Shown here: positions 14,943 through 26,903 of the stretch, piece after piece
Position numbering within the stretch: the first letter of the stretch is position 1
Layout of the letters: each line of letters opens with the position of its first letter
Assembly: GCA_964016885.1 (NCBI GenBank)
Contig: OZ024741.1
Coordinates: forward strand, 272,738,001-272,802,000
DNA: 64,000 nucleotides
Reading direction: 5' to 3'
DNA from: Eledone cirrhosa
Taxonomy: Eukaryota
Translations under genes and position numbers: made by a program
The notes under the pieces: generated by a model
Databases searched by the model: none
What the model saw: only the letters and a program-made list of their open reading frames with translations
Told to the model about the DNA's origin: nothing

Positions 14943-15535
14943 TATTAAAATGCAAATATTAATAAAATAGATGTTCTTTTGATCAATTACATTTTATTAT
15001 ACATATTTTGGTTGTACAACAGTACGTCCTCATCAGACAAAATATAATGATACATGACATACCCTGAGATGTTAAATGGTTAAAATTTAATCCCTTGATT
15101 AAATGTTGTACATCCGAAATATGTATAATAAAATGTAATTGATCAAAAGAACATCATCATCATCATCATTTCATCATTTCATTTTACGTCCGCTTTTTCC
15201 CTGCTTGCAAGGGTGGGACGGGAACTGATTCTGGCTTGATTTCTACAGCTGGATACCCTTCCTAACACCAACCTCATTTACAGTGAGTGCTGGGTGCTTT
15301 TTTGCCATGGCACCTCCACGACCACTTTGCAGTGGAATGATAGGGACCCCAGTCCCTATCATCTCATTTCTACAGCTGAGTAAACTGGAGCAATGTGAAA
15401 TAAAGTGTCTTGCTCAAGGAAACAACACATCACCCGGTCTGAGAATTGAACTCACAACCTTTCGATTGCAAGGCCAATGCTCTAACCACTAAGCCATGTG
15501 CCTTCATCTATTTTATTAATATTTGTATTTTAATA
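14943..15535. mobile_element. Fold-back Penelope pLTR-like remnant with a degenerate hammerhead, one arm interrupted by a SINE
   Basis: 14943-15021 is the reverse complement of 15104-15155 plus 15506-15535. The minus strand reads ATTTTGT-CTGATGA-GG...GTAC-TGTT-GTAC...CC-(A/G)AAA-TATGTATA-ATAAAAT. Confidence 0.6.
15152..15506 (-). mobile_element. tRNA-head SINE with RTE-derived (GAT)n tail
   Basis: Reverse complement begins GGCACATGGCTTAGTGGTTAGAGCA (A box) and GAGTTCAATTC (B box). The tail GGTGTTAGGAAGGGCATCCAGC is shared with the RTE 3' UTR. Confidence 0.88.
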
Positions 15536-15627
15536 TAAATAACTCTGGAAAATTATTTTTCCATAGAGTGCTTCCAATCTACTGTAAAACTCATTCTTTG
15601 ATATACTCATTGAATCTTGTTTAACTC

Positions 15628-15713
<86 letters not shown>

Positions 15714-15757
15714 GCAAGTGAATGAATGAAGGAGTTACTAGCTGTTATAACAAGTTC

Positions 15758-15804
<47 letters not shown>

Positions 15805-15934
15805 GGAAAGTTATATTTAAAATTGTTGGGTTACAACTAGTAAATATTTATAACTGATATAAAAGCACTCGACAAATATTTGGAGTATATTTACAATATT
15901 AAATAAATGGAAACTATATTTATAAAACCATATT

Positions 15935-16000
15935 TATTTCATTATATATATTTCGGGGATATCATATTAACAATATGCTATGCCTTCCTCAGACAAAATA
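15935..16000 (-). ncRNA. Hammerhead ribozyme in the Penelope pLTR (inverted twin at 19361-19426, + strand)
   Basis: Stem I TATTTTGT/ATGAAATA (2 G-U pairs); core CTGAGGA plus A; stem II GG...CATATT-GTT-AATATG...CC; GAAA; palindromic stem III ATATATAT; AUA triplet. Confidence 0.65.
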
Positions 16001-17411
16001 CAATATAAACAGTTTTATAGATAAATAGATTCGACATACCGTTATAACACCGACTTCCATTTGAAGAGGTTTAAGCTGGCTGTGAAAAAATTTTACACAG
16101 AGAGAAAGAAAGAGAGAAAAAAGAAAGAAAGACAGAAAACGAAGAAAAGGAAGAAAAAGAAGAAATGCATGGAACAAAAAAGAGAGATGGAAAGATAGAT
16201 AAAGCGAAGAACTTCATGTAAAGAAACAGAAAGATATATATATATAGAGAGAGAGAGGAAGTAGAGATAGATACATATATATATAGAAAATTAGGTAGTG
16301 GGAGGTCATTTTGAGTAAATGTATCAATGATACATTTATTTATTTATTTATTTATTTAGCTCAAGTATTAATGTAAGGGAGATATATAGAGAGAGAAAAA
16401 ATATAGAGAGAGGAAAAAATAGCGAGAGAAAAAAAAAAAAAAATTTAAAAATAGCCAGATATATTCGAGGCGTAAAAACCCTATGTTTTAATGTATTGGT
16501 ATTTATAAAACTTACACTATATTGTAAATATCAGTATTCCTGAATGAGACATGTATCCATAGTGTGTGAAAATTAATTATCTTATGTTTAGTTTTTAAAA
16601 AAATTCATATGTTTATGTGACAGCTACAAACATCTATGCGAATCCACATGATTCACTCTGCAAACTCTAAGTTCACGGAAAACATTCTCAATGTGGTATA
16701 AAAATTTGAGCATACAAATATGTGTATTATTATTCCTGTCTTTACTCTACAAGATTATCTATCAAGCAGAAATAGAGAGAAGATTTCAATATACTAATAA
16801 AAATATATATCAGAAACAAAACTAAAAAAATAAAAAGATAACAATAATAATAATAAGTAAAAATAAGTAATAATAAAATAGAAAACTAAAAAAATATTAC
16901 GAAAGAATATTAGATAATAAAAATATTACATATTAAAAATATTACGTATTAAAAATTTACATATTAAAGATATTAAAAATAAAAATAAAAAAATAAAAAA
17001 TAAAAAATAATTATAAAATACTACAATAATAAAAAAATAAAAATAAAAATAAACCACAAAGATCAACCCTTCAAAGTTAATTGACAATATATTGCCAAGT
17101 TCATTACAAGACAAAGCCAAAAATTATCTATCAAATCACATCTAGCAAAGATCATTTCAAAAAGTTTATGATGTCCAAATTGGTCTACATATGTTCTTAT
17201 ATTTAATATAGAAGTTTATCTAGTGTAAGGTTTATTAAAAAAATTTGGAGCATCAGCTTTTAGGGTAGCTTAATTTTTCATGAGGAATGTTTAAATAAAA
17301 ATAAAATAAAAATAAACAATAAAAAAAAGAATAAAAAGAAGGAATCAAAAATTTAGGAATCAAAAATTTATCGGCTAGTTTCCCATATAAATATAAATCA
17401 AACTAAATATA

Positions 17412-19062
17412 CTACATTTTAAATTTAAATTTATATTTAAACGTTGAGTTTAATCTATGTTTGCAACAACTGAATAAATTTGTCCGTAGGTTAAGGGAAT
17501 TTTTAGATTTTAGTATAAAGAATATCTCCTCTGCGCAGAGGTCACATGTCTCAGAGGATGAATTAAAAGGAATCCCTCTTGAGACTATATTCCAAGCCGT
17601 CGAATATCTAACGTTATCTAGCTTAAGTTGCCAGAGTACGCCTGATAGTGCCGTTGAAGATTTTTTACTTGGATCTGTGAAAGAATTCTTGTGGTTATTA
17701 TAGCGAAGTTTAAATTCCGTCGATGTGGAACCGACGTAGTTAAAAGAATTAGAGTCAGTATTAACATTACAATTGTATACTATATTTTTAACTAAGCAGT
17801 TGTTATTTAACGGACATTTAGATCTATCTCTACAGTTACAATTGTTAACTTGTATATTATTTATGCTATTATCACTAGGTTTTAAGTTCCTATTATTTAT
17901 TCTATTAATATTTTGTGCTAAATTTTTGGTGGATGAGTAGGTTAATTTAATTGTATGCCTATTGAAAATTGAGTGATACCTATGTGTTCTAGGGAAGCGA
18001 TTATCAAGAGCTTTGAAAAATAATTTAGCGATGTGGGTTTTAATGTTTAGTGAGAAAGGGGGGGCAAACCAAATTATGTTCCTAGTTCTATTTCTTTTTT
18101 GGCCTTTGGAATTATTGTAATGCTTTCTATTATAGTTGTTAATGTTGTTGCCGTAATTAAAAAAGTTGTTACTTTGTTTAGTTTGTCTATCATTATCTAT
18201 GTACACAATCTTATCAGCATATCCTGCCCTAGCTAATGCTTCATTATAGTATTGGGCCTTTTCGTCGAAAATCTTTCTATTCGACGAGATCCTAGAGATA
18301 CGTTTTTGAACTGAGTTTACTATAGTGTTTTTGACAGATCTGGGGTGGTTAGAGTTAAAGTTGACATAGTTTAAGTTTTCATTCAACTTGTGAAAAGGAT
18401 AGTGGAGACATGTGTTGAGATTTAATGTTATATCTAGGAAATTGACTATTCTATGGTTGTTCTCAATTTCTATTTTAAGGTTAAAGTAATTAAAAAATTT
18501 TGTAATTTGTTTACATTTTCTATTTAGTTCAGGGTTATTATTATTAATAAGTAAAAGCATGTCATCCCTATATAAACCTCCGGTAGTACCAGGTATTTTC
18601 CTATGTAGCGAATTGATTAAAAATAAGCCCACAAGGTCAGTTACCTGAGCTGAGTCGGAAGATCCCATAGTTATGTCAAAATTGCTATCTCTATCTGCTC
18701 TGGTCCATAATTTGTCATTAAATTCTATCAAAGTTTTCCTAGCCGATAATATAATATGCATTTCTTTGCTAGTTAGGTCAGTATGTTTGAATGCGTAATT
18801 TAGTGCCTTATTTAGTAGACTAGGGGTAATAGAAGAATAATAGTTAGCTATATCAAGTTGAATAAACCTATTATTATTGTTATATTTAATTTGCCTAAAC
18901 CACTCAACAACCTCTCCAGTTCCCTTCCACAAGCTCAGGTTAGATACACAATCCAAGTTCTTAATTTGCTGTATCACCCTGTCAAGAATGTTTTTGCTTA
19001 ATTTGCCCAGGTCCGATTTTGAAGGTGCGATAAATCTAATTGGCAGGTCATTTTCAAAATTC
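17412..19062 (-). CDS. Penelope-like reverse transcriptase plus C-terminal GIY-YIG endonuclease (N-terminally truncated, otherwise uninterrupted)
   Basis: The frame extends upstream of the track ORF (NFENDLPIRFIAPSKSDLGKLSKNILD). Motifs LDIANYY, ITMGS, LYRDD, FLDITL, SNHP, CNC-x5-CPL-x3-C, IVY...YVG, RYNNH, CDLCAEE, CCKH. Confidence 0.9.
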
Positions 19063-19463
19063 CTACCTAATTTTCTATATATATATGTATCTATCTCTAC
19101 TTCCTCTCTCTATATATATATATATCTCTTTCTGTTTCTTTACATGAAGTTCTTCGCTTTATCTATCTTTCCATCTCTCTTTTTTGTTCCATGCATTTCT
19201 TCTTTTTCTTCCTTTTCTTCGTTTTCTGTCTTTCTTTCTTTTTTCTCTCTTTCTTTCTCTCTGTGTAAAATTTTTTCACAGCCAGCTTAAACCTCTTCAA
19301 ATGGAAGTCGGTGTTATAACGGTATGTCGAATCTATTTATCTATAAAACTGTTTATATTGTATTTTGTCTGAGGAAGGCATAGCATATTGTTAATATGAT
19401 ATCCCCGAAATATATATAATGAAATAAATATGGTTTTATAAATATAGTTTCCATTTATTTAAT

Positions 19464-19508
<45 letters not shown>

Positions 19509-19554
19509 GCAAGTGAATGAATGAAGGAGTTACTAGCCGTTATAACAAGTTCTA

Positions 19555-19591
<37 letters not shown>

Positions 19592-19594
<3 letters not shown>

Positions 19595-19873
19595 GAAGTG
19601 GTTACACAACAGTTAGTTCACCATACCGAGAACAATTGTTTCACCTTAGCGGATCCTTAGCTCGGGATGTGTATGGTTATAGGAACAGGAAGGACAACCG
19701 TACGAACACAGGCAATACTAGACTGCGTGTGAGAGGTGTACGAGCTGAGGATCCGCTAAGGTGAAACAATTGTTCTTGGTATGGTGAACTAACTGTTGTG
19801 TAACCACTTCTACCTAACTCGTCCCTTGGACTGAGTGCTCTACCACTACGGATATTATCTTCCAGTGTTCCAC

Positions 19874-19880
<7 letters not shown>
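19592..19880. mobile_element. Fold-back insert in (TA)n with a hammerhead in each inverted arm
   Basis: 19592-19664 is the reverse complement of 19741-19813. The right arm reads CGAG-CTGAGGA-TCC-GCTAA-GGT-GAAA-CAATTG-TT-CTTG. Confidence 0.65.
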
Positions 19881-19913
<33 letters not shown>

Positions 19914-20651
19914 TAAACATGTCTATAGAATCACCAGATAAAATATATACCATTTCCTCTCCCAATTAGCATAATTATATATATATGTATGTCAGGTCAC
20001 CAGTTGGTGCTACTGGTAACATGTATCCCAGTACAACCTGTATCATGGTCGGGTCGTTGGCGACTAAACTGGCAACCCCACCAAGGTTTCTTGGTGAGGA
20101 GGGTGACTTTGGACATCCTGCAGGACTAAAACCAAAATCTGTCAAAGGGAAAAGGAGCTCTTAAGAGTCAATGGCCATCCAAAATCACCAGGAGAGATGA
20201 CCCCTTAGCCTTTGTCAAGGCAGAATTCTAGGAGAAGGAAAACTCTGATAGAACACCTGCAACCCTGATGGTATCCAATGATGTTGACTTGTTGTTCTTT
20301 TTGGTAAATATCATCTTGGTTAAGAGAGTGGGACTGGCTTTGTGCAGTGCCTTTGCTCACGATAAAAGCTTCACGGCACAGGCATTGCTTTATATCTGGA
20401 GATCTCTCTGCACTTGTCATCACATGGTACCTTGGGCCCAGCACTATGTGTCAATAATTGTCACAAGTGTAGTGTTTGTACCAGAGTTTTCAAGTCGCTG
20501 GCTGGACTAAAAAGTCACACTTATTCAGCGCATTGGTAGGGGTTCTCCTACATGGATATAAAGTAGTGGCCGTACTCGAAAACGAGTTGGCAGCCACCAT
20601 GTATATATATATATGTATGTATATATATATATATGTATATATATATATGTA

Positions 20652-23355
20652 CAGTGATACCTTGAGATACGAGTTTAATTTGTTCCGTGACCGAGCTCGT
20701 AACTCAATTTACCCGTATCTCAAATCAATTTTCCCCATTGAACTGAAATGCTATTAATCCATTCTGACCCCCTAAAACCACACCAATTTATTTATGTTAC
20801 GTGTTTTTAATAAGCAAAATATACTTTATAAATACAAATAATGTATAATGAAATAAGAACATAATAAAAGAGAATGTAAAGAAATAAACTGGATTTATTA
20901 AGTTTATTTACCTTCAAGATGAGACGAAAAAGCTGGCGGTGGTGGAGGAGATTGGCAGAGGTGGAGGAGAATGACGGGGGAGGCTGTAAATGTTTTTCGT
21001 TTTGCGCTCTATCTCTTAACTTGACTTACTCACTACGCAGTTAATACTATTTTTATTGCTAAATTTAACTTACACACTATACTACACTTAATCACTAAAC
21101 TTAATTGCTACTTTTTTTTTCTTTTCGTACCGTACGGTACTTCAGTTAATGTCATCATCATCTTCACTGACTTTTGGCTTTTTGGCCACACTTTCCTCGC
21201 CTTCGCTTTGAGGGCGTTTCAAAAAAAACCTGTCCAAGGAGGTTTGTTTCTTCCTCCCTTTTAAAATGTTTCTGAAATGAGTGAGGCAAGTGTTGTTAAA
21301 CAGTGCCGACGCACGACTTGTTCCAACTTTTTCTGGATGATTTTTGTCAATAAAATCATTAAGTTTCTCCCAACATTTCCTTAATTTCACTTGAAGGGAT
21401 TACTACCTCATCTGACTCTGGCCTCATTAATTTCCTGCCAAATCTCTGCATGCTGCTGGTCCTGTAACTCCTTTAATTCCTCCGTTGTCAATTCCTCATT
21501 GTGCTCTTTGGCGAGGTCGTTGACGTCTCCTTCGTCCACTTCCAGGCCCATGGATTTTCCCTTTCAGACACAACCTCGGGTCACAGCTTCTTCCATGCAG
21601 AGTTTAAGGTCCTCCTTGTAACACCATGCCAGACCATGTCTATAATGTTGAGGCAGGCTACGATAGTGTAATGTTCTTTCCAGAACTCTCGAAGGGTGAG
21701 GTTTGTGTTTTTCGTAACCTCAAAGCAGCTCCGGAAGAGATGCTTGGTGAATAGCTTTTTAAAATTCGAAATCACCTGCTGGTCCATGGGCTGAAGGATA
21801 GGGGTGGTGTTGGTTGGAAGGTACAAGACCTTAATAAACTTGAATTCTTCTAAGATGTCACCCTCGAGATTTGGTGGGTGTGCGGGAGCATTGTCAATGA
21901 TGACTAGGGCTTTCAGGGGCAGGTTATTATCTAAAAGATACTTCTTGACTGCAGGACCAAAAACCAGGTTTACCCACTGCACAAAAAACTCCCTGGTGAC
22001 CCATGCCTTTGGGTTTGCCCACCACATAACCTGCAGTTTTTCTTTAAGAATCTTATGACTTTTAAAGGCCCTGGGGTTTTCCGAGTGATTTACAAGCAGT
22101 GGTTTAATCTTTAAATCGCCACTCGCATTTGCACACAGTGCAAGGGTCAACCTATCCTTCATAGGTTTGTCACCTGGCAAGCTCTTCTCCTCTGCTGTTA
22201 TGTACGTTCTCCTTGGCATCTTTTTCCAAAATAGCCCTGTCTCGTCACAGTTAAAGACTTGCTGGGGATGTATCCTTCGGCTTGTACCAGTTCACCAAAA
22301 AATGAAGTAAATTCTTCAGCTGCCTTAAAATCTGAGCTTGCAGCCTCACCATGCCTGACGACGGAGTGAATGCCAGTCCTCTTTTTAAAATTATCAAACC
22401 ATCCCCGACTGGCTTTGAATGACTCTTCCATGCCTCGTCCGAGGATGATCCCGCCGTCTGCCACACCAAATCTCTATAAATAACTTGTACCTTCTCACAG
22501 ATGATGGTCTCGGTTACGGTATCTCCAGCGAGCTGCTTCTCGGTCAACCACCCCAACAGCAACTTTTCCATCTCTTCATAGACAGAGATCCGGCGCTTAG
22601 AAATTATCTTAACACCCTTGGCTGGTGTCATAGCCTTTATTGAATCCTTTTGTTTCAAAATAGTACATATTGTAGAAGTACTACGATCGTATTTCTTTGC
22701 CAAGTCAATAACACGCACACCACGCTCATGTTTTTCTATGATTTCGTGCTTAATATCCATAGACATCATCCTTTTCTTTTTCTCGTCAGTGTTCTTGGCA
22801 CTCACTTTCTTAGGACTCATGGTTGAAACTAAGATTTTTATCGAAATAAACCAAAAGCAACTAAAATCACTACAGTGACACAACAGAGATGCTCGCGCGC
22901 CGAGGTTACCACATGGACTGACTGCTCTCAGGGGTTACTGAATTAATTTCGCCCGGTGAACCCCAACGAAAGTTACTCCCGTCGTTTATATCCATAAAGT
23001 GACTAAAACAAATGTAATATATTTACAGTTAGGGTTAGGGTTATTTTTTAGGGTTATGGTTAGGGTTAGGATTAAGGTCAGGGTAAATTCAACCCTAACC
23101 CTAACCGTAAATATATTACATTTGTTTTAATCTTTAGTCACTTTACGGATATAAACGATGGGAGTAACTTTGGTTGGGGTTCACTGGACGAAATTAATTC
23201 AGTGGCGAAATTCTGCACCCCTTCTCATGCACCCGCTAGCTCATAATTCATATCTCAAAACTCAGCTTGTACCACAAAGCAAAAAATTAGCCGAGTGATG
23301 GCTCGTATCTCAAAACATTCGTATGTCGGTTCACTCGTATCTCAAGGTATCACTG
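20652..23355 (-). mobile_element. Tigger/pogo DNA transposon with frameshifted transposase
   Basis: 23-bp TIRs CAGTGATACCTTGAGATACGAGT with TA flanks. ORF pieces 22251-22883, 22198-22464, 21581-22219 and 21142-21390 carry a CENP-B-type HTH, FKASRGW, KDRLT, DNAPAHP, QPMDQ and KQTSL. Confidence 0.93.
22937..23203. mobile_element. Long-TIR fold-back MITE containing TTAGGG/CCCTAA repeats, nested in the Tigger 5' region
   Basis: ~105-bp inverted arms (ACTGAATTAATTTCG.../...CGAAATTAATTCAGT) with central degenerate TTAGGG then CCCTAA units. Confidence 0.75.
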
Positions 23356-23370
23356 TATATATATATATAT

Positions 23371-23760
23371 CGTCATTTTTTTTTTCATTCTACGTCCGCT
23401 TTTCCCTGCTTGCAAGGGTGGGACGGGAACTGATTCTGGCTTGATTTCTACAGCTGGATGCCCTTCCTAACACCAACCTCATTTACAGTGAGTGCTGGGT
23501 GCTTTTTTTATGTGGTGCCGACACGTCCACTTTACAGTGTGGGCTGGGTGCTTATTTGCCGTGGCACCTCCACAACCACTTTGCAGTGAAATGAGAGGGA
23601 CCCCAGTCCCTATCATCTCATTTCTACAGCTGAGTAAACTGGAGCAATGTGAAATAAAGTGTCTTGTTCAAGGAAACAACACCTCACCTGGTCTGAGAAT
23701 TGAACTCACAACCATTTGATTGCAAGCCCAATGCTCTAACCACTAAGCCATGTGCCTCCA
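23371..23760 (-). mobile_element. tRNA-head SINE (same family as 15152)
   Basis: Near-identical body and head, with one extra internal ~43-bp repeat. Confidence 0.88.
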
Positions 23761-23796
23761 TAAGATATATATATATGTATATATATAATATATATC

Positions 23797-23827
<31 letters not shown>

Positions 23828-23844
23828 GTATATGTATACATAAG

Positions 23845-23876
<32 letters not shown>

Positions 23877-24834
23877 TTTCGCCTTAACTCTCCTGCTCTG
23901 AGCCGGTGCTACAGTAAAGCCAGAGTCTTGGTGTTTCTCCGGTGCCAGACGCATACAATAGTCCACTGCGATGATAAAAAGGTAGGGAGCCAATGTATCT
24001 CCCTGGAGCACCCCAGCCAGTATCTCAAAGAACTCTGTCATCCCATCAGGTGTAATGACTTGGGCTTTGGTGTTGGTGTAGAGCAGTGATATCAGGTCCA
24101 CTATCTTCTTGGGGATTCCATAAGCCTGTAAGATATCAGGTATCAGAAGCTGAATTTGGCGATGACATCGTTTTGGTGACAAATACAGTGAAGGAGGCAG
24201 AGGATTTGATGCGGGAGGTTGAGACTGTGTCGATGAGTGTGGGGCTGAGAATGAATGAGACTAAAACAAAATATCTGGTAGAGAATGTTGAGAAGCCAGA
24301 GGGGATCACTAATGTAGGCGGGAAGCCGCCAGAATTGGTTGAGGGCTTCCTGTATTTGGGAGCAAAGATTGGGAATACGGAAGATGATGTGGTTGAGAGG
24401 AAGAGCAAAGCCTGGGTGGCGTGCCACAGCTTGAGATCGGTGTGGAAGTCGGACCTTCGTAAAGACCTGAAAATCCACCTCTTCATTGCTGTAGTGGAGT
24501 CTGTGTTACTGTACGGGTCTGAGACTTGGACACTGACCAAGAAACTCACTCACAGCTGTATGGAAGCCTCCCAAAAGACAGCTCAAAAGTGACACAGAGG
24601 AGACTGATGTTAGCTGGACATGCTCACCGACATCCAGAGTTGACATTGCACTCAGTGCTCCTGTGGGAGCCCCTACATGGACACACTAGAAAAGGAAGAC
24701 CAAGGTTAACGTATGTTGACGCCCTAAGGACAGACACTAGCCTGTTGGAGACGCAGGACATGGCAGCGATAATGAGGGACAGAGACCGCTGGAGAGAACT
24801 CGTCCATGGATCTCGGGAATTTTACCCGCCCTAG
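23877..24834. mobile_element. LINE RT 3' fragment with 5' inversion, in (TA)n
   Basis: The minus piece (~23877-24137) encodes ...GVLQGDTLAPYLF...SRRVKAK. The plus piece (~24137-24834) continues EFGDDI...FLYLG...LLYGSETW...GRPR. Confidence 0.82.
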
Positions 24835-24837
24835 ATA

Positions 24838-24902
<65 letters not shown>

Positions 24903-24909
24903 ACATATA

Positions 24910-25229
24910 TCATCATCATCGTTTAACGTTCATCTTCCACGGTAGCAAGAGTTAGGCGGGAATTGTCCCATTTGAAGCAAGATTGGTTGCGTGACTGTGT
25001 CTCGCTTGTATAGGACTATCTGTCAGGTTTTCTACGGCTGGATGCCCTTCCTAACATCAACCACATTTACAGTGTGGACTGGGAGCTTTTTACCGTGTTA
25101 CCTACACGACCACATTAAAGCGTGGACTGTATTTTTTTTTTTATCCTCTTTTTTTTTGTCATGACACCTACACGACCTCATTAGTTTGGACTGGATGTTG
25201 TGGTACCAACATAACTTTATAGAGATAGG
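24910..25229 (-). mobile_element. RTE-like 3' UTR/tail fragment
   Basis: (CAT)n-CGTTTAACG...GGATGCCCTTCCTAAC...; aligns with 6317-6620. Confidence 0.75.
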
Positions 25230-26081
25230 ATGGTGTTGATGATAATGATCATGGGAATGATGATGATGATAATGATCGATGACAAAAATGAGGACGATGT
25301 TGACGATGATGATGATGATGACGACAATGACAACGGCAATGATAACGACGATGATGATGATGCTGCTGATGAGGATAATGATGATGTGGTGGGGATGATA
25401 ATGATGATGATGACGATGATGATGTGGTAGTGATGACAATGATGATCATGATGATGACAGCAATGACAACAATGACAACGACGATGATGATGATGTCTGT
25501 AGATGATGATGATCGTGGTGATGATGATTATGTTGATGAGGATAGCAAATATGACAAAGACGATGACAGACGATGACAAAGACAATGACAGACGATGACA
25601 AAGACAATGACAGACGATGACAAAGACGATGACAGACGATGACACAGACAATGACAGATGATGACAAAGATAATGACAAAGACAATGACAAAGACAATGA
25701 CAGACGATGACAAAGACGATGACAGACGATGACACAGACAATGACAGATGATGACAAAGACGATGACACAGTCAATGACAGACGATGACAAAGATAATGA
25801 CAAAGACAATGACAAAGACGATGACAGACAATGACAAAGATGATGACAAAGACGATGAAAGGATGATGACAGATGATGACAGACGATGACAAAGACGATG
25901 ACAAAGACGATGACAAAGATGATGACAAAGATGATGACAAAGTTGATGACAAAGACGATGTCAAAGATGATGACAAGAACGATGACAGATAGTGACAAAG
26001 ACAAAGACGATGACAAAGACGATGACAAAGACGATGTCAAAGACGATGACAGGCGATGACAAAGACGACGACGACGATGAC

Positions 26082-26118
<37 letters not shown>

Positions 26119-26195
26119 TTTGTGGATGATGTTGATGATGATAGCAAATATGACAAAGACGATGACTAAGACAATGATGATGATGATGTTGTTGT
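25230..26195. repeat. (GAT)n and GATGACAAAGAC low-complexity repeat
   Basis: Direct inspection; a similar (GAT/GAG/GGT)n tract lies at 27400-28030. Confidence 0.9.
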
Positions 26196-26235
26196 TGTTA
26201 CTGACTGTTTTTTTTTGTATCTTTTTTTTCTTCAG

Positions 26236-26353
26236 GAGAATTCATTTCCAATAAAACGCATTTGAACACGTGCAACTGCATCCGCAGCTGCACATATACA
26301 ACGTATACTATTAGTACATCAGTTGCATATTTTCCAAAGCCTGCCGATGAAAC
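26236..26353 (+). CDS. DEG/ENaC/ASIC-like channel, exon C
   Basis: Polypyrimidine acceptor ttttcttcag, donor gtatgt. REFISNKTHLNTCNCIRSCTYTTYTISTSVAYFPKPADET fits the C-x-C-x3-C-x4-Y...S...P motif. Phase 1 to 2. Confidence 0.85.
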
Positions 26354-26399
26354 GTATGTATAAGTACTAAATACTTACCTTTATGTGTGGACATTTGAT

Positions 26400-26903
26400 A
26401 AATTCCGACCTCACACACTTACACCTCTCCAAGACAATGTCACTGGACCGAGATCTTTGGCACCACGCAGTAATACAGAAGACCCACCTTGCCTTTGTAC
26501 AAAGCGAAACCTAGTCAGTAGGCACATCTTAACCAAATATACACCCCATTCCACTACACCTACTCCACCCTCCCACTCCCAGCAACACCACCCTTTCTCT
26601 GTAAAGTTATGTTGGTACCACAACATCCAGTCCGAAACAAATGAGGTCGTGTAAGGGTCACGACAAAAGAAAAAACATACAGTCCACGCTGTAATGTGGC
26701 CGTGTAGGTAACAGTAAAAAGCTCCCAGTCACACTGTAAACGTGGTTGGTGTTAGGAAGGGCATCCAGCCGTAGAAAACCTTCCAGATACAGTCCTATAC
26801 GAGCGAGACACGGTAACCCGACCAACCTTGCCTCAAGTGGGACAACTCCCGTCTAACCCATTCTAGCGTGGAAGATAGATGTTAAACGATGATGATGAGG
26901 ATG
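26400..26903 (+). mobile_element. RTE-like LINE 3' end
   Basis: Reverse-complement match to 6317-6810; ends GTTAAAC(GAT)n. Confidence 0.8.

Larger units (their letters stand above)
15805..19469 (-). mobile_element. 5'-truncated Penelope-like element (Naiad-like) with inverted pseudo-LTR, inserted in (TA)n
   Basis: RT+GIY-YIG ORF; 15892-16298 is the reverse complement of 19063-19469; (TA)n tracts on both sides. Confidence 0.9.

Noticed and set aside
19993-20260. GC-richer segment resembling a LINE 5' UTR or HDV-like ribozyme
   Set aside because: I could not build the nested double pseudoknot by eye and no ORF follows.
23025-23110. True telomere or chromosome fusion site
   Set aside because: Only a few degenerate units, enclosed in long inverted arms inside a transposon.
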